A DNA stretch of 64,000 nucleotides from Catajapyx aquilonaris (Eukaryota). A model generated the notes under the pieces. That model did not search any database and had not been told where the DNA came from. It worked only from the letters and a program-made list of their open reading frames with translations. This document shows, piece by piece, positions 49,701 through 64,000 of the stretch. Each line of letters starts with the position of its first letter. Position 1 is the first letter of the stretch. The stretch is taken from NCBI GenBank assembly GCA_000934665.2, contig JYFJ02000747.1:1-64000 (forward strand), read 5' to 3'. A program made the translations under genes and the position numbers.

Positions 49701-52700
49701 CAGTGATACATAGCGTGAGAGATTATACAGCTTATTTGAATAATCCTCTAGTTAAAATAGTGCTGAAGATACCAAGAATATAAACAGTTTCTAGGGAATG
49801 AGATGGGCGGATGTTTTTGTCTACGACTCATTTGTAGCGTGTAGCATGCCACAAACTTATGCAAAATTTGAAAGAGCTTGCAAATTTATGGCACTGTATC
49901 GCGTGTGTAAGGTTTGAGTTGCAAACTTTGTAAGATGACGACGAAAAGGCGGGTAACTTACGAATCGACCGAGCGAAACTGTTCCGCTTGTACTGTTCCA
50001 TCAGACCGTTCCTTTAACTATTAAAGCCTGCCTTTTTCGATGAAAGAACACCCTCGCACTGTAACCGGATTTTATCACTTACACCGTCACCGTACGCCGT
50101 TAAAAGTTTCATAACGAGCGAACCAAAACCAGCGATTTAGTCACAACAATGTCCATATTTTACACTGTCAGCCGTACTCGCACCTTATGCAGTAGATAAA
50201 ATCATGTCTAGAAGTTTCACCTCAACTTTATTCCAGATGAATAACAGCTTGCGAATGTTAACTGCCAGTTAAATCCAACGTCATGGATTCGCATCGTGGT
50301 ATACATTTCTCTCGTACAACATATGCCTTAATGCACACAGGCGCGATATTCTAGGCCCCGCCCTTTCCCTGTCAACCGTCTCTTTCTATTTGTGCAAAAT
50401 GTAACGAGGGCGCTGGTTATTCCGCGATAAGAGCGACCAGCAGCACTGTTGAAAACTCTGGTCACGTGTGTATGTCTCCGAAATCCCGGGTACGTTGCGA
50501 TAAGCGACACTGGTTCCTATCCTACAGGATGAGGATTGTTATGGCCAAGTTCATGTTGCAAACAGACGAGACATTCGGGTTCTACTCCAATGCAAATAAC
50601 ATCTTCTGGTACACTGCAAAATTAATAGCAGGAGAGTTCAGTCTTGTGAAGTTCTGATGCCGTAACCACCGTAACTGTAAGAAAGGTTTCCGGGGGCATA
50701 CGCCTCGAAACTTTTCATCAATTGAGTTGAAAGCATGATATAGAACTAGAACTCTACTGCTGCTTTAGACGTTTTTCTTGCGGCAAAATATGTGGACATA
50801 CTTTAAGAGGACGTAAAATGTCCACCAAGTATTTTAAAAATTGCACACTTTTGACTTTTACGGCTCCATGATCACAGCAATTTCCTGAAAACAAGGCCCA
50901 TTTACCTTCCAAACTACTTGAAAGACTAGATTCCTCATTAGAGTGCATCATCGTCGCGCCAAAGCACTGTATCTTAATTACTGTAAGGGGAAGCTAGCTA
51001 ATATTTGATTTTCCTAAGGGCAAACTGCAAGAGGTTAACGAATCTTACTCCAGTGGAAATTCGTTGGGTTCCGTTGTACCAACAGCTGTACAGTAGGCTA
51101 CTATCGAAAACAACATCAACGGTCGGAAAAACTACCCCTGGCTAGATTTATTTGTGCAAAATCTATAGACCTTGTGTGCCAGTAGGGTTAAGCCACGAAA
51201 TAATGATGGGGTATACTGCCTAGTAATTGGATTCGCGGGATGATCCGTATTATAGACTACTGAAGAACTATACTTCAAAAAGTCAAGTAGCCTATTAATT
51301 ATGTATAGTAATGTCGTTCCCTTCAGATAATTCGGTTCCTGGCAGATCCTATATTGCGGCAGTGCTGGAGTTAACTTATTGTATCTATATTTGTTTTAGT
51401 GAGGTTTTCGCATGAATGATTACATACAGTGTGTATGGGCCAGCAGTAACTCTCACATTTTTCAGGCAGTATAACAAAAATGGAAACTGCACAGAATTTG
51501 CTAGTTTATCGAGTTAGCCGATGTATGCATCAGATAACATGACAAAAACACTCGCTCCAAAATTATCATAACAATTAAAATATTGCACATTCCCTCCGAA
51601 TATCTACTTGCTCCTAACTTTCGGACATACTGTATATACACAAGAAGTGCACCTATGTCCTATGCACCTATTGATTGCTCCCTTTGTTTTCCCGTAACAC
51701 AAGTGCAAAAAGTCACCGGTTGCGCAAATTGACACAAGCAATTGACCTCCACTGCCTCACTTCACGATTCACTCAAAAAAGATCAATGCAAATCACGTTT
51801 ATCTTTCCACTGTGTGTACCCTATCCAAACCATTGTTTAAGCCCCCATTTTAATCAGGCAACAAAACAATACCCTTTCTCTGAAAATTCCTCGGGGCCAG
51901 TCCATTGTTCCATTACTAAATTCTGTTTCCCTGAACTTAGAGCCTCGGAAATTCATCACTGTGGAGCTCAGGAAACCCAACATCACGGACCGCCTGGGAC
52001 TTAGCATTATGGAAAGAGAGTGAGTTGAATTTCAGATCAGCTACTGTATGGCTACTGCTGCATGGCCACACACCTTTCCTATTTTCCTTTTGCAGGAACT
52101 CCGGAGGTGTTTTTGTCAGTTGGGTCGTAAGTACATTTTGATCTGGAAAATTGCCTTTTTTTTGTATCAGTCAGACACCTTTTTGATGCAGCAACCAGGA
52201 AGCATCGCTGCTAGGCATGGTCGTATACTGCAAGGTGATCGTCTCTTAGAAATCAACGGGGTCAGCGTTCGAGATAAGAGCTTGAGCGAAGTCACCCACA
52301 CTTTGCAGGTAAAATATTCAGGGGGTGTTAACCTCAGAAAGTAATTACTCAAGTGTAATCACATCTGAATTGATAACTTGCTGTCTTGGGAATACCGCCA
52401 GGGAATCAACATATCTGGCTCAAACTAATCAGAAAACGACCTGACATTAATCCAGCGCATATTCATGCAACGAGCAATAAGTAATGGGCACTTCGCTTCC
52501 CCCATTAAAAAACAATCGGCTTGAATGCTCCAGCGTGAAATCCTGCAAACGACCTGAATGTCAGCGGGCTCTCTTTTAGTCATGTTGACGACCGCCTATT
52601 TGCACAGAAACTACTATTTAGAAGCCTTACCCCCTCTGGAGGCCCGGATTGCATCTCGCCCAGTCATTCCTTTTGTTTTAATTTAAATCGCACAGCAGGC

Positions 52701-54575
52701 GCGACCATTAACACTAGCTCCGCTGCATTCAGCTGGACCGTTATGATCGCCATTTTGAATCGATCACGCCACGTGGCAGTAACGGTAAAAATGGCATTCG
52801 ATAGATTGGCGTCAGCAAAAATTGCAGGATAAGAGCGAGAAAAACAGAAGCAGGGTTTGGGAGAAAAAGAAGAAAAGGAATCGAGGGATTTATAGAGATC
52901 CCGAGGGAGATGCAGAAGATGAGTGCAGGTCCGGACTGGAGGAATTGGAAATAAATCTGTCAGAAGTGTACGAACCTCTACACATCAGTGGAGAGAAAAG
53001 GAAGGGATCCTCGCTCGATATATACATCCATCGGGCACCATTCCATATCTCCTTTTACGCCAATACTTATATTCAAAACAGAGCATCGACATTATGCGGC
53101 TCCACCACTGGTATAGGCTATACTATACAAACGGGAGTCGATTACACAGTAGCACTTCCCCAGATTTTGATAGTGCAGAAGAATTTGCAAATGAAGCCTC
53201 ATTCATTCCATTAGTGTAATGAGAAGATGTTAAATAAACACGTGTATATACACATACCTACAGTGCAATGCGTACTTTATATGTATGATTGTAGGCCTAT
53301 ACAGTGCAACTATACTCAATTTCTCCTTCATATAAAGTGGAGCTCTCATTTCTTCGCATAGGAGTTGCAATTTGATTCAATGTGGTTCTCTCCTGATACT
53401 GTATGGTACCCTCCAAACTCAGCTGGCTATAGTCAATAGTAGTTGTTCCATAATTTTCACAACGTTTGCGACACTTTGGCGAGTATTATTACACTGCTTA
53501 GATTAAATTCTCAACCTGAAGACTACACTGGCTATTTCCCCCAAAAATTACACGATGGAGTTTGCTTATGATAGCGATAGGATGCCTAGATGGTCACCTC
53601 AAATGGGTTGCACCTACACTGCACAAATTAAAATGCATAGTCTCTCTAAGACTTTAAAAAAACATTACAAAAATAATTATTTGAACTTATCAAACAATAA
53701 CCTTTATTATATTATTTGACAGAACCTGGATGGTGCAATTGTGCTGTTGATGGGCCGAGTTCCAGCCTTAGCCAGTGCCATTCAAGAATGGGCTAGGAAC
53801 AAAGGTGCCGTCTCCCCATCACGACCCAGAACTTCCACCTGGTCATACACTGCGCGAGACAAGTCACCCATGCAGAGACCTAGGTACAGTGCTGTCATCC
53901 TACCAAGAAAAGGCACATTTGCACATTGTGATATGTTGGTTTCTTCATTGAGTTGTCTGGCACAAATAACCTTAAATCACATTGGGTAAAGCTAGGTGCC
54001 CTTTTTCCAGGGGGGATGTCAAAGTTACATTGCTTTTGCAGCATGATTAGTGTGATTACTTATCAAATTCATAGAACCTACAGCAAACGAGAAATTGTTG
54101 CTTTATAACCATAAGTTATTTTCATCAGTTAATATTCTCTCTAATTTTAAAAATGCAATTTGTTATTCAAAATAGTTGTACTTTAAAGCTAAGCTAGCAG
54201 GCAGTTAGTTCTATTAAACAATTTCTTAACATGAAGTAAGAAAATAGTTGTATGTACTCGTAATACAAGGCACATCCCAGTACATCCACTTGCTGTAAAG
54301 ATTTTGAGCAATGCGTACTTATTTCCAGCTTGCCTGATGCATCTGAAGCAAAAGGTACCTGCCAAGATGGTGAGTCCCGAGGCCACTTCAGAGTCCGTGC
54401 CAGCACACAAACTGGGAGGGCACCCTCCAGGAACCTGTTCAGGCACCTCAGGCTGAGCATAAAGAAAGACCGAAGTGGAAGCACCAGTCCAGTGGCCAAG
54501 ATAGTTGAGGAAGGCATAGGAGGAGAAATAGTACAATGTGGCAATGTTCCCTCTGTTCAAATTCAGAGGCTGTGA
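46778..54575 (+). CDS. Tandem-PDZ protein (LNX-like PDZ pair, no RING seen), 9 exons, about 343 aa
   Basis: Phase-consistent exons 46778-46856, 47661-47767, 48407-48511, 49083-49188, 51941-52019, 52096-52126, 52192-52308, 53723-53883, 54329-54575. PDZ1: LGISVVGGNDT...GVAAKDRRLRKGDILLAVNH. PDZ2: LGLSIM...GVFVSWVQPGSIAARHGRILQGDRLLEING. Confidence 0.88.
52730..53100 (+). mobile_element. Decayed THAP-like DNA transposon fragment in PDZ intron 7
   Basis: Frameshifted pieces KNC, GIYR.P and HISGEKRK-DPRS resemble THAP C..C / FYRFP / HF.SG...DP..Y.PS; preceded by a CGCCATTTTGAA motif. Confidence 0.35.
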
Positions 54576-55372
54576 ATGTCGACCAATGCCAATGATACAA
54601 CATGTCATGTCTATTACGATGTTCCTACTATAAAAATCGAATTATTGTGCTTTAAAAGTTGTGGGTCATTGCGATTGTTTATCATGTTGATGCACTTTTT
54701 TATGTAAGAAATACACTTGCATTGTGTCTGTTACCTTGCCTGAAGACATTCATTATAATTTGAACAGCCTCATTTCCAGTGTCACAGGCATGTTAATTAA
54801 TAATAATTACTATGGGACCATCATAAAGCATGCACAGAAAGCTATCAAATTTCATGTGTAATATGCACAATTCACAAATTCAGTGGAACATGTGGCAAAT
54901 AATACGGATCTACCATATCATGTGTTTCAAAAGTTAGCTTACTTCTGCACTGATAAAAATCTCATGGCTGCTCACTTCCCTTTTATTTCGTCCCATCACC
55001 TGCAAGTGTAGCAGTAAGTTATCTTCAAAATTGGGAAGCTCATTTAATGGGCATTCCAATGGTATATGCACAACTGGAGTTGATCCAAGCTAAGTTTTCC
55101 CTGACATGTCGGTCTTTCCAACCCTTCCAACAGCCTCCTTTGAGAACATGTAGGCTATTCCAAAGCAAGTCACATCAAATCTACTGTATGAAGCTGAGCT
55201 ACCATTACAAAGTAACTGCACTTTAGGATAGTAGAGAGGTTAGTAGGATTAGTAGATTAGTAGGCCATTCTATTAGTTTATTTGTCATAACATTTCTGCA
55301 AACACATATGCAGATCTTTAAGTGATAATAAAATAGCAAACTCTTTTATTATCTTACCTGACAGGTAACACT

Positions 55373-55389
55373 CACACACACACACACAC
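55373..55389. repeat. (CA)n microsatellite
   Basis: Seen directly. Confidence 0.9.
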
Positions 55390-56118
55390 TATATTATAAT
55401 CTCTGAGGTAAATACATAATTTTGAAAAAATACCCGGATGTTAGAAGAACGGAGACAGTACATGACGCATCTATGGCACCTAAAATTCCTATGATAAGTT
55501 GTATAGAATACAATGACAGGACATCAAACTGTTGATGAAACTCTCATTAGGGAATATTGAAGAGCTAAGTACAATTCCTCTCTGGTCAAAGAATCAGAAA
55601 CACATTTCCGCACAACACTGTCAATATGCAGGTTATTACATTTTAGCCACACCCAGAAAACTGTGGGGACGTGAAGTATGATGGGCTGCACTCTTTTTGT
55701 GAAGGGCAAAATTCCTCATACACAGTCATGTTTTAGATCTTGTGCTGTAGAACTTCTGTGTTAAGAGGAAAAAATATCACAGAGCATATAATATCACAGT
55801 GCCACAAAAAAAGGTGCAGATTGTCACTCATGTGCACGCTCTCTTTTGTACGATTCCCACCTAAGGAGATCCGCCCTTCAATATTCACCTCACCGCTGAT
55901 ATGATGATAAAAACAAATGGCGGTTAGCAATCAAATCTGCATGGTTAGTGTAGTTAGTCAGTTATAAAAAATTGCAGGGATTTTACCCACTGAACTGGGA
56001 AGCATCAGGAGATCCTTGATGAGACGAAGGCACTGTGTCATTTTTAGAGGTGGGAATTTCACTCTGCAATATTGTCGCTGGTGGATTTATCCTGATGTGT
56101 CTTTCACCCTCTGGAAGC

Positions 56119-59100
56119 TCAGCAGAGCCAGTTGTAGTTGTAGGTGTCATTTCCACTTTTTCTCAGTCCAGTGTAATCAGCTGAAAAATTGAGACGTAAT
56201 TCAGCATGGCAAACATTATGGACAACCCCTAAACTTGAAAATAATAGTTGCAAAAGTGAAAAAAAAACTCCAAATCCAACTTAACCTCCAAATTAAAATG
56301 TAGAAAAGCCTGGTTAAGTACAGGGAGCCTCCAACTTCTGTAGATTCGGGCTTATGCTGTGTAAGAAATCTACAGAACTTAAAGCAACAAACTGCTAACT
56401 TATAAAATGCCACCCTGTTGCAAAATTATTATTTTTTAAATGATGAAATTGCAGAATCTTGGAAACTAGGACCTGCCTGCCTAGACTTATTCCCTCCCTC
56501 AGTTAACATGTGACAGACATTTGCAACCCACTTCTGGGCCTTGTAGGGAATATCTTCCCTCTCTCAGTGGCCTAAATACACAAAAATATTTTGCATTACC
56601 TTGCCAGACTCCTGATGGTTCATCAACGGGAAACTGAGTGTCATTTTGTGGAAATCCCGGTATTCTGGTCATGGGGACAAAGTCCTCAGTGTTCTGCAGG
56701 TCTTCAACGGCATTCCTATGAATGAGCCCCCATCCTTGAGAGTCCCCAGCAACCAAATACAGTCGTCTTTGGTAATCCAATCCATAGACTTTTCCTAGTT
56801 TCTTGTCATACCCAACTAATCCTCCCAAATACAATGGCTGGGCTGCAAAAATATAGCACAATGAGGGCTTTCAAATTAATAATGAGTGGACCACAACTTA
56901 GGAACTTATTCCTGCTGCATGTCAGACAGACTTACCTTGCCAGGTCCCATCACTCACAGAAGCGTAGCACACCTGACCTTTCCGTGGATCAGGATCACAA
57001 AAATATAGAATCTCCTTTTTCTCATTGTGAATAAATTGACGCCAGTTATCTGCCTCTGTTGACACCATTGTTACAGTGTCCCTTTCACATGATGGAGGAG
57101 GTGGCCTCTCCGCAACAGCACATCCAGACAAATCCAAGCTGCAAAACATTGGAATCAGCAATTGTAAAAATAGATGTTGAAAAATCAATAAGAGGCATTT
57201 TAAAATATCCTGTCTCTGTGCCTTTGCCAGATTACAACCCTATAAGATCTTTCTAGCTACTCAGCTGCATAAAACTCTTCACTCTATAAGCATCCAAGGT
57301 TACTACAATTTTTACCAATAAAAATGTGCTTACTTGAGTCCAATTGGGTCAGCAGGATCCCCACTTGCATCCAGGATTATCACCCGAATAAATCGAGAAA
57401 CAATAGAAGGTCGAAGCTTCAGCTTGGGTTCAGGTCCTTCCAAATTGGCCTCCTCGTCACTGGTGTCATACCGTATCCCGTAATCACTGTATTGGACCTT
57501 GACCTTGGTTGTCTGCCTATATCCCGGAGCCATTTTGAATGACAGCTCAGTGACTCTAGTGGTTGCACCCAAGTCCACCTGTATGTATGGTTTCCAGCAC
57601 TTCAATGAGCGAACTACTGGCACCCAAAATGAGCCTGAATTAAACCGGGCATGGGCAGGCATGTGGCTCGAGTCCATGGCAGATGAGGCTGTTATCTGAC
57701 AGTCTGATATCACATTTGGGTCTTGCATTCCCAGAGAGTCAAAGCAGTCTGGAAAAAAAAAGTAGCATTTTCAGTCACACATTACAAAGAAATTTATTTC
57801 ATTGGCAAAATTGAATAACTTTCTACTGATGCAGATTATTCAATTTTATGGACTATACCTTTGTTGGTTATCTCATACAAGGCAGGAGATGGCTGCCCAC
57901 ACCAGATGACCTCTCCTGACGCTGGCCAGCTATTGAATGGTTCCTGCTGGCACAAAGGTATGACCACAGTTGTGGCTGTCTGTGGTCCGTTCAAGTTAGA
58001 TGGGATGTTGGCTTCGTCAACCAAGAGAGTGAAATTAACCTGAACCACATCTGTAAAATATATTACTGGAACCTGAAACCATGAACAATCATTACTCCCT
58101 GATGAACTAGGATGGGACAAACACTATTTACCAGGATGTCAAAAAACCCCTTTGGGTTAGGCTGGAGTGTCACGCCACTTATGTTGGAAGCAAGTTTAGT
58201 AGAATCGTCATACTTCATGTACACAGGCATCAGTACCCTTAGCTGAACTTTGAGGGCTTCTGCTCTTGACAAAGAACTATGCTGCACGTTGGCAACTAGT
58301 GGTACCTTCTCCCTGAAAATCAGAAATTGTAGATTAGTTTAGTCCCCTTGCACTAGAGTTGTTCTGAGATGGTCCATTTTAGTTACATTCAAAAAATAGC
58401 CTATTTCATATTGCTAATTTTGTCTCACATACAGTTTCCCCATGGATAATTCACTTGAAAACTGCATAATTTGATGTTTTCTCACTCACTTGGGATGAAA
58501 TTGCCCATCACTACCAGGTGCCACATTAATGTCCACTAGAAGGTCAGCTCTCTCCAGATTTCTGGTGGGATTTCTTGTCACCTTCACAGTCTTCTTTCCA
58601 TCCACACTTGACTTCCCATACTCCAACTTAACATCTATGCTGGTGGTGGCTCCGTCAATGTTGGCTGGATGATCAGTCAGCTGCACTTCAACCTTAACCT
58701 TCAGAACATCATGAATCCAGGAGTAGTAGGGAAATTGACGCATGGTCATTCCTGAGTTGGCTACATATCCCATTTCCAGCTCTAGGACATTGTTCTGATT
58801 AGGAATCTTCACATCCTGCTGTCCGTACACTCCAGAATAGACAATTGGAAGGTCCAGGCAAACAATATTATCTCCAGAACCCTTCTTATCAACTTGAACA
58901 TCCCGTATGGTTGCAATAGGACGTCCATCTTTGGCTTGACTCCTTGCCGTAAGCTGTATTCAAAATGACATTAGCATTAATACAAATACATTAAGCACTC
59001 ATCATGAGGCAAAAGTGCAGGCTTTTTAGATCTTACTTTGCAGTAGGACTCATGCCATAATATGGCATGACATACCCTTTGTACTGAATCAACTTATAGT

Positions 59101-62100
59101 CTGCTTATTACAAAAATGATGTGCCTTGCACACATGGTCACTCAGAATATATTAGAAGCAGTTTATTTTTAACTATTACTCATAATATATTGCTCCTTGA
59201 TGTATGTATGTTACTTTTCTATTCCATTTTATTTCTGTGTAGCATTCCTGCATAGAGTAGGTCTACTTTGAAAATTGCAAAATTTGTTCTATCGTACCCT
59301 TAGTGGCGCAAAGCTGTCTAGTGGCACCCATATGTCAAGTGGAATCCACACTCTCTGCCCTGGAGCCATGGTAATCTCATCACCCAGATTTAGTCCTATT
59401 CCTTCTCCTGTGGTAGCCACTGGTTTGTCTGTGATACCAAGTGAATAGGTTGGACCATCCGAAACACGCCCTGCACCAGTGATTGTAGTTTGCAAAGCCA
59501 CCTCATTGTGACTATAATCTGGAGGAATTCGAACCCCAAGTTCCACTTGAACCTGTAGGAAAAACATACACATGAAAATAATAGCAACACTCGTTCTATT
59601 AATAGTAATCTTGGAATAAAAAACAAGTATAAGCAGCTTACAATGCTTTCAGCTTCATCCATGAAGAAAGGGTAATGGCAGAGCTTCATAGTGATTGAAA
59701 TAGACTCATATACATGCATCCTGTAAAGTTCAAATGATGAAGAGAATATATTAGTCAAATAATAATATTAATATAATTATGGAGTGTTCTGCAGTGAAGG
59801 TATTACATGGACAGTCATTAATCAAATTCACATGCAAAATAGTGTTGTTCTTCAGTGCTCCATTAATATTCAATAACTGAAGGTTATGATTTGTTCATAT
59901 GAAGTAAGATGCACACATATTTGCTTTTGTATATTTCAAAGTATAAGAAATAACTTCACCTGTTACTTTTGAGATAGCCATTTTTGAACTTGATCTTTGC
60001 TTCTGATGCATTGACACAAGGTAGGTTCCCTCCAATATATGAGATCATAGCACAGCAAAACTCCAATGGTGATGTCTTGTGGTTTGGATTGACTATGTCT
60101 ATAGTCACTTTGGATTGGAAAAGTTTCGGCACAGATATGTTCAGTCCCAGAACTTTTGGAACACCCTTAGCAACTGAGCCAGTTGAGTCCAGGATAGGGA
60201 ACCACTTCAGATCCAGCAGACCATTATCCTACATCATAAGAGCATAGTGACATGTGTTCAACTAAAAACTTTTGAAGTCCATACCTGTGGAAATAATGTA
60301 TTCCCAACTGTGACACCCTGAATGGCTTGTATATTGGTGCCTCCTTTGTATTTCAGTGTGGCAGTGATGTCATGTCTTCTTAGGGCTGCCTTAGATTTGA
60401 CGGAGACAAATGCACCAACAACAATTGTGCTGTCATCGGGTTCGGTAAGTATGGTTGAATCTGATCCACCTGCAGATATGACAAAGCATGAATAGCTACA
60501 CAACAACCATCATCTGCTAGGTGTGCTATTATATGCATTAGGTAAATCTGAGTTGAGTTACTGATGCCAGAGTTAGCATTAATACTTTCACAAATCATTG
60601 TAATCAGACTTTCAGTGGGATGACACTTACCAACATTCGTAACAGTCCCCAAATGGAGCACCGCCTTTCTCCCTTGCTCATTCTCAATATAGTTCACACG
60701 GGTAGTTGAAAATTCGGGTGCTTCATGATACATGGACCTGGACTCAACACATGGGTAGTTGAACCCTACTTGGAGCACTCGTATGCGGCAGAGTCGTAGG
60801 CCATCTTCTGCTGTCACTTCCAGGGTAAAGTTTCCCCGGGCTCCAGCAACCAGGCGTAACATAAACTGGACCATAGCCATCTTCTCATGCATGACGAGGC
60901 TATTCAGGAACATGGTGTTCCCCAGAGGGACCAGTTCAGGAGAAGACTGGCCAAAGAACTCATTCAGGCTACTTGGAACCACCTTCACAGGCCTGGATTC
61001 TGACCAAATTTTTTGTCCACCCACTTGCAATGCAGTGTTTAGCTTGTATGCATCCATGCCTGTCAAAGAGTTAGAAATAAGCACCCTGGCCACACTAACA
61101 AATCTCAAATAGTCAGACCACTCACCTTGTATGGCTGGGTTAAATGGCAGTTCATATGCAACATCCAGTATGATTTGCCTTGCTGCAACATCTCCCACTG
61201 AAACGCAAATGTCACCCGATGCAAGTCCTCTTCTGGCATTGGCCTGAAGGCATGGCACTGCATCTCCCGCATATCTTATATCTGCCCTGCACACCCTGAC
61301 TCCCCAGCCAGTAACATCTGGGTCTCCTCCAGCGTCTAGCAGCATCCCTGCCTGGTAGGACCGCTCCGGAAGGGTCATTATCAGGCGCATGCCCCAGTCG
61401 CTGTTGTAGTACATGTCAGCTGGTGTTGCAGAGTCCTCAACCAACACCTCTGGCGGGGTCTTGATGGCAACTCCAACGATGCTGAACTTGCCCGTGAATT
61501 CGTGTGGGCCAGCAGCCACTCGCACAACTTGTTCCCCACCAGGCGTGACATGCGTTGTAGCGAAGGACACACGAAAAGTGATGGAGTTGGCACACGTGTC
61601 CCCTTCCGCAACCTACCATAACAAGCCAATAATAATTCATCCTTGGTACAAACCGCATGTACCACGCACCCTTCCGATGTTCCTGACCCTCCCCAGACTG
61701 ATAGCAGCGGACCTGCTTCCACCCTGCGGTATGCCCTGAAGAGGTGGCAGCCTCGGGATGTTCCACCCCCGCTGAGCCACTTGGATTCCACATGGCTGTA
61801 CTCCTGTTGACAGTAACTTGTTAATGAAGGTGCCACGGTATGTACTGGTCTGTACAGTACTCACCAGCTGCCCCGTACGCCTCAACGGTCAGATCTGTTT
61901 CAGAGTCAGCCTTGAGAGTGACCGACACGGAAAAGGTGACTGCGCTCCCCGGTGGCGTCTCAGATCTGCCAACCAGGAAGCCCTGCACACATATAAAATA
62001 TCATTACAAAAATACAAAGTCCAAAGTAGCCGCCATATTGCTGCCGGTGTTGCCCAATTAACGTAGCAGCTAATAGTAGCTCATTATTTGATTAACTAAT

Positions 62101-62445
62101 ATAGCAATCACTTCCGAGGCAATTTCTCTGCCATCTACCGGCGGAATCTAGAAGCTGATGTACAGTACCGTAATGCGACAATTAAATAAATAATAAGAGT
62201 AATGTTTAATGCTGTTTTGACACCCACCGAAATGCCAATGGGTTCAGCCTTGATTGGGTCTGGTGGTTTGAAGACTTCTCCAACAGTGACTAAGACTTGT
62301 CCCTTCCACTTAGGTTCCTTCTGGTCTCCTCCTGCAAAGACTGCCACTTCCACAGGAAACTTGAACCCTTCCGGAGTGCTCTCGTGCAGAAAGATTAGCA
62401 CTTCCAATTCGAGTTTGTTGCCTGCCGAGTCCACAGAGGCATCCT
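56119..62445 (-). CDS. 3' part of a large, probably extracellular protein: tandem Cys-motif beta-rich repeats plus an F5/8 type C (discoidin) domain
   Basis: Phase-consistent exons 62445-62228, 61982-61865, 61803-61670, 61612-61126, 61059-60631, 60469-60285, 60228-59960, 59720-59642, 59552-59298, 58953-58490, 58312-58132, 58072-57859, 57748-57334, 57138-56936, 56842-56600, 56180-56119 (...YNWLC*). FA58C: CFDSLGMQD...QITASS...HARFN...WVP...YIQVDLG...RFIRV...LDLSGC. 5' end not located. Confidence 0.85.
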
Positions 62446-64000
62446 CTGGAAATAGTAGAAGAGTGAGAGGTAGAATGGGGGAAAAAAAGAGATCACAGAT
62501 CGAAGCTGCTCTCCGTTTGCATTTGGAACGGGATTAAAACTTATCGATTGGGTCATCACAAGGACCTCAGTGGAATCAACACATAATTACACTAACTTTA
62601 ATCAAGTCCTATGGTACATGGATTCAATCAGTTGCTTTGCTACACAAAAACATTGGGTATCATTCGATTACACGGTTAGTGAAAACAGCCAGTAATCATT
62701 TTTGAGCCACACAACCTATTCCTGTTGTATGCCCGGCAAACCCTCTAATACTCCGAAATAGGATTGAATTCCACTATTGACCGCAACAACGTCAATAAAA
62801 ATGTGCACCGCTTGTGCATAGTTACAACACCCATATTGACATTTACGGTAGGTTACTATTCCCTATACTATAATTAGCCCAACCTAGCAGGTGACTGTGG
62901 TCACTAAACAGCTCTCATTACATCCAACATAATTAACTATTTATTACGATCAGTGCCATAATGGAGCAGACAATACAACATTAAAACAATAGGAGGCGCC
63001 AACTTGAAGAAACCGAGATAAGAGAATAAAGAATTCCTGGCAGAGAATACTATTCTCCAGGTTTCCGATACGAAAGGGACGAATTCCCATTAAAAACGGC
63101 TTAAGAAGGATTTCTTTTCGAAGCTTCCTTTACTCCGTACTTATTATTCTGCTCATCCCATTGAATTTCGTTCAGTCCAACACGGACAATGAGAAAAGAA
63201 GGAAGGAAAAAAGAGGCAAAGACGTACTTGCAATACCCACTGGAAATATATAGAAAGATAGTAATAAATATGTATTATTATTTTACTTCACCTCCCACAC
63301 CACCCTTCTCCCTCCAGCTAATTAGTCCATTCCTGTCCTCATGTTTCCACTTTTCCTATCCTCTACATCTGGCCATGACCCTGTCCTTCTTCCAACCCTA
63401 TCTACCCCAACTTGACCCCCGGAGCGAGGGACCTGATAGTAGCTACGACTCCAACCCTTTCACTTTATTCTCTCTTCAATCCCACCTTATTGGTATAACT
63501 TTTATGGTCTAGGCTTGAAATAGTAGCTTCCCTGCATACTCTTTACAAGAAGTAAACAACACTGTACAGGAGAGACTCGTTATCTGCTAAAAAATCATGA
63601 CTTTAATGTTGGGTCTGTAATAAACATGCCGGCAGACATAATTAAAGTCAGTGTTATAACCCAGTCTCTTTCCTGTTGGTTGCACTGAATTATATGCAAA
63701 TGCGGGCCTGTAGTTGCAACGAAAATGTCCAGTTTGATATTGCAAAGATACTGTGGCAGGCCCAACCTTTGTGGCTTTTTATTCAAGCTCTCATAGAGTA
63801 GTAAATAACAAACAAAAATACACGTCAGTTTGAACCGTACGGTCCATTGTGTGAGTGCCCGTATGTATAAAGCTTTTCCCTTATGTAATCGCTGCCAGGT
63901 TAATTCAACGAGTTTGTGGGGATGAAACGGTCGCTCCATATCGTATGTGGGTCTGTATAGGTCAATGAGTGGGATTTATGTACAAAGACTAGCTAGGCTG

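Noticed and set aside
60380..61570. 396-aa ORF as a stand-alone gene
   Set aside because: It is read-through of two exons and introns of the larger spliced gene.

Overview
Eukaryotic, intron-rich invertebrate metazoan DNA (probably arthropod, not certain); no prokaryotic operons or CRISPR. Genes reconstructed by hand from GT-AG junctions: a MATH-BTB (SPOP-like) terminal exon (+), a frameshifted 13-finger C2H2 gene with a decayed finger tail (-), a SHIPPO/STPG (ODF3-like) gene (-), Gemin7 (-), two tandem 8-exon class A peptide-type GPCR paralogs (-), a divergently transcribed 9-exon tandem-PDZ (LNX-like) gene (+), and the 3' part of a large repeat/F5-8 type C protein gene (-). Many TEs are present: SINEs with TSDs, a solo LTR nested in a SINE, MITEs, a mini-Helitron, and mariner and LINE remnants. 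The main finding is that the last exon of both GPCR paralogs appears constrained in two reading frames. Including exon 7 gives a tail ending in NGL*; skipping it gives a tail ending in the class I PDZ ligand GSRV*. The paralogs also show patchy gene conversion.
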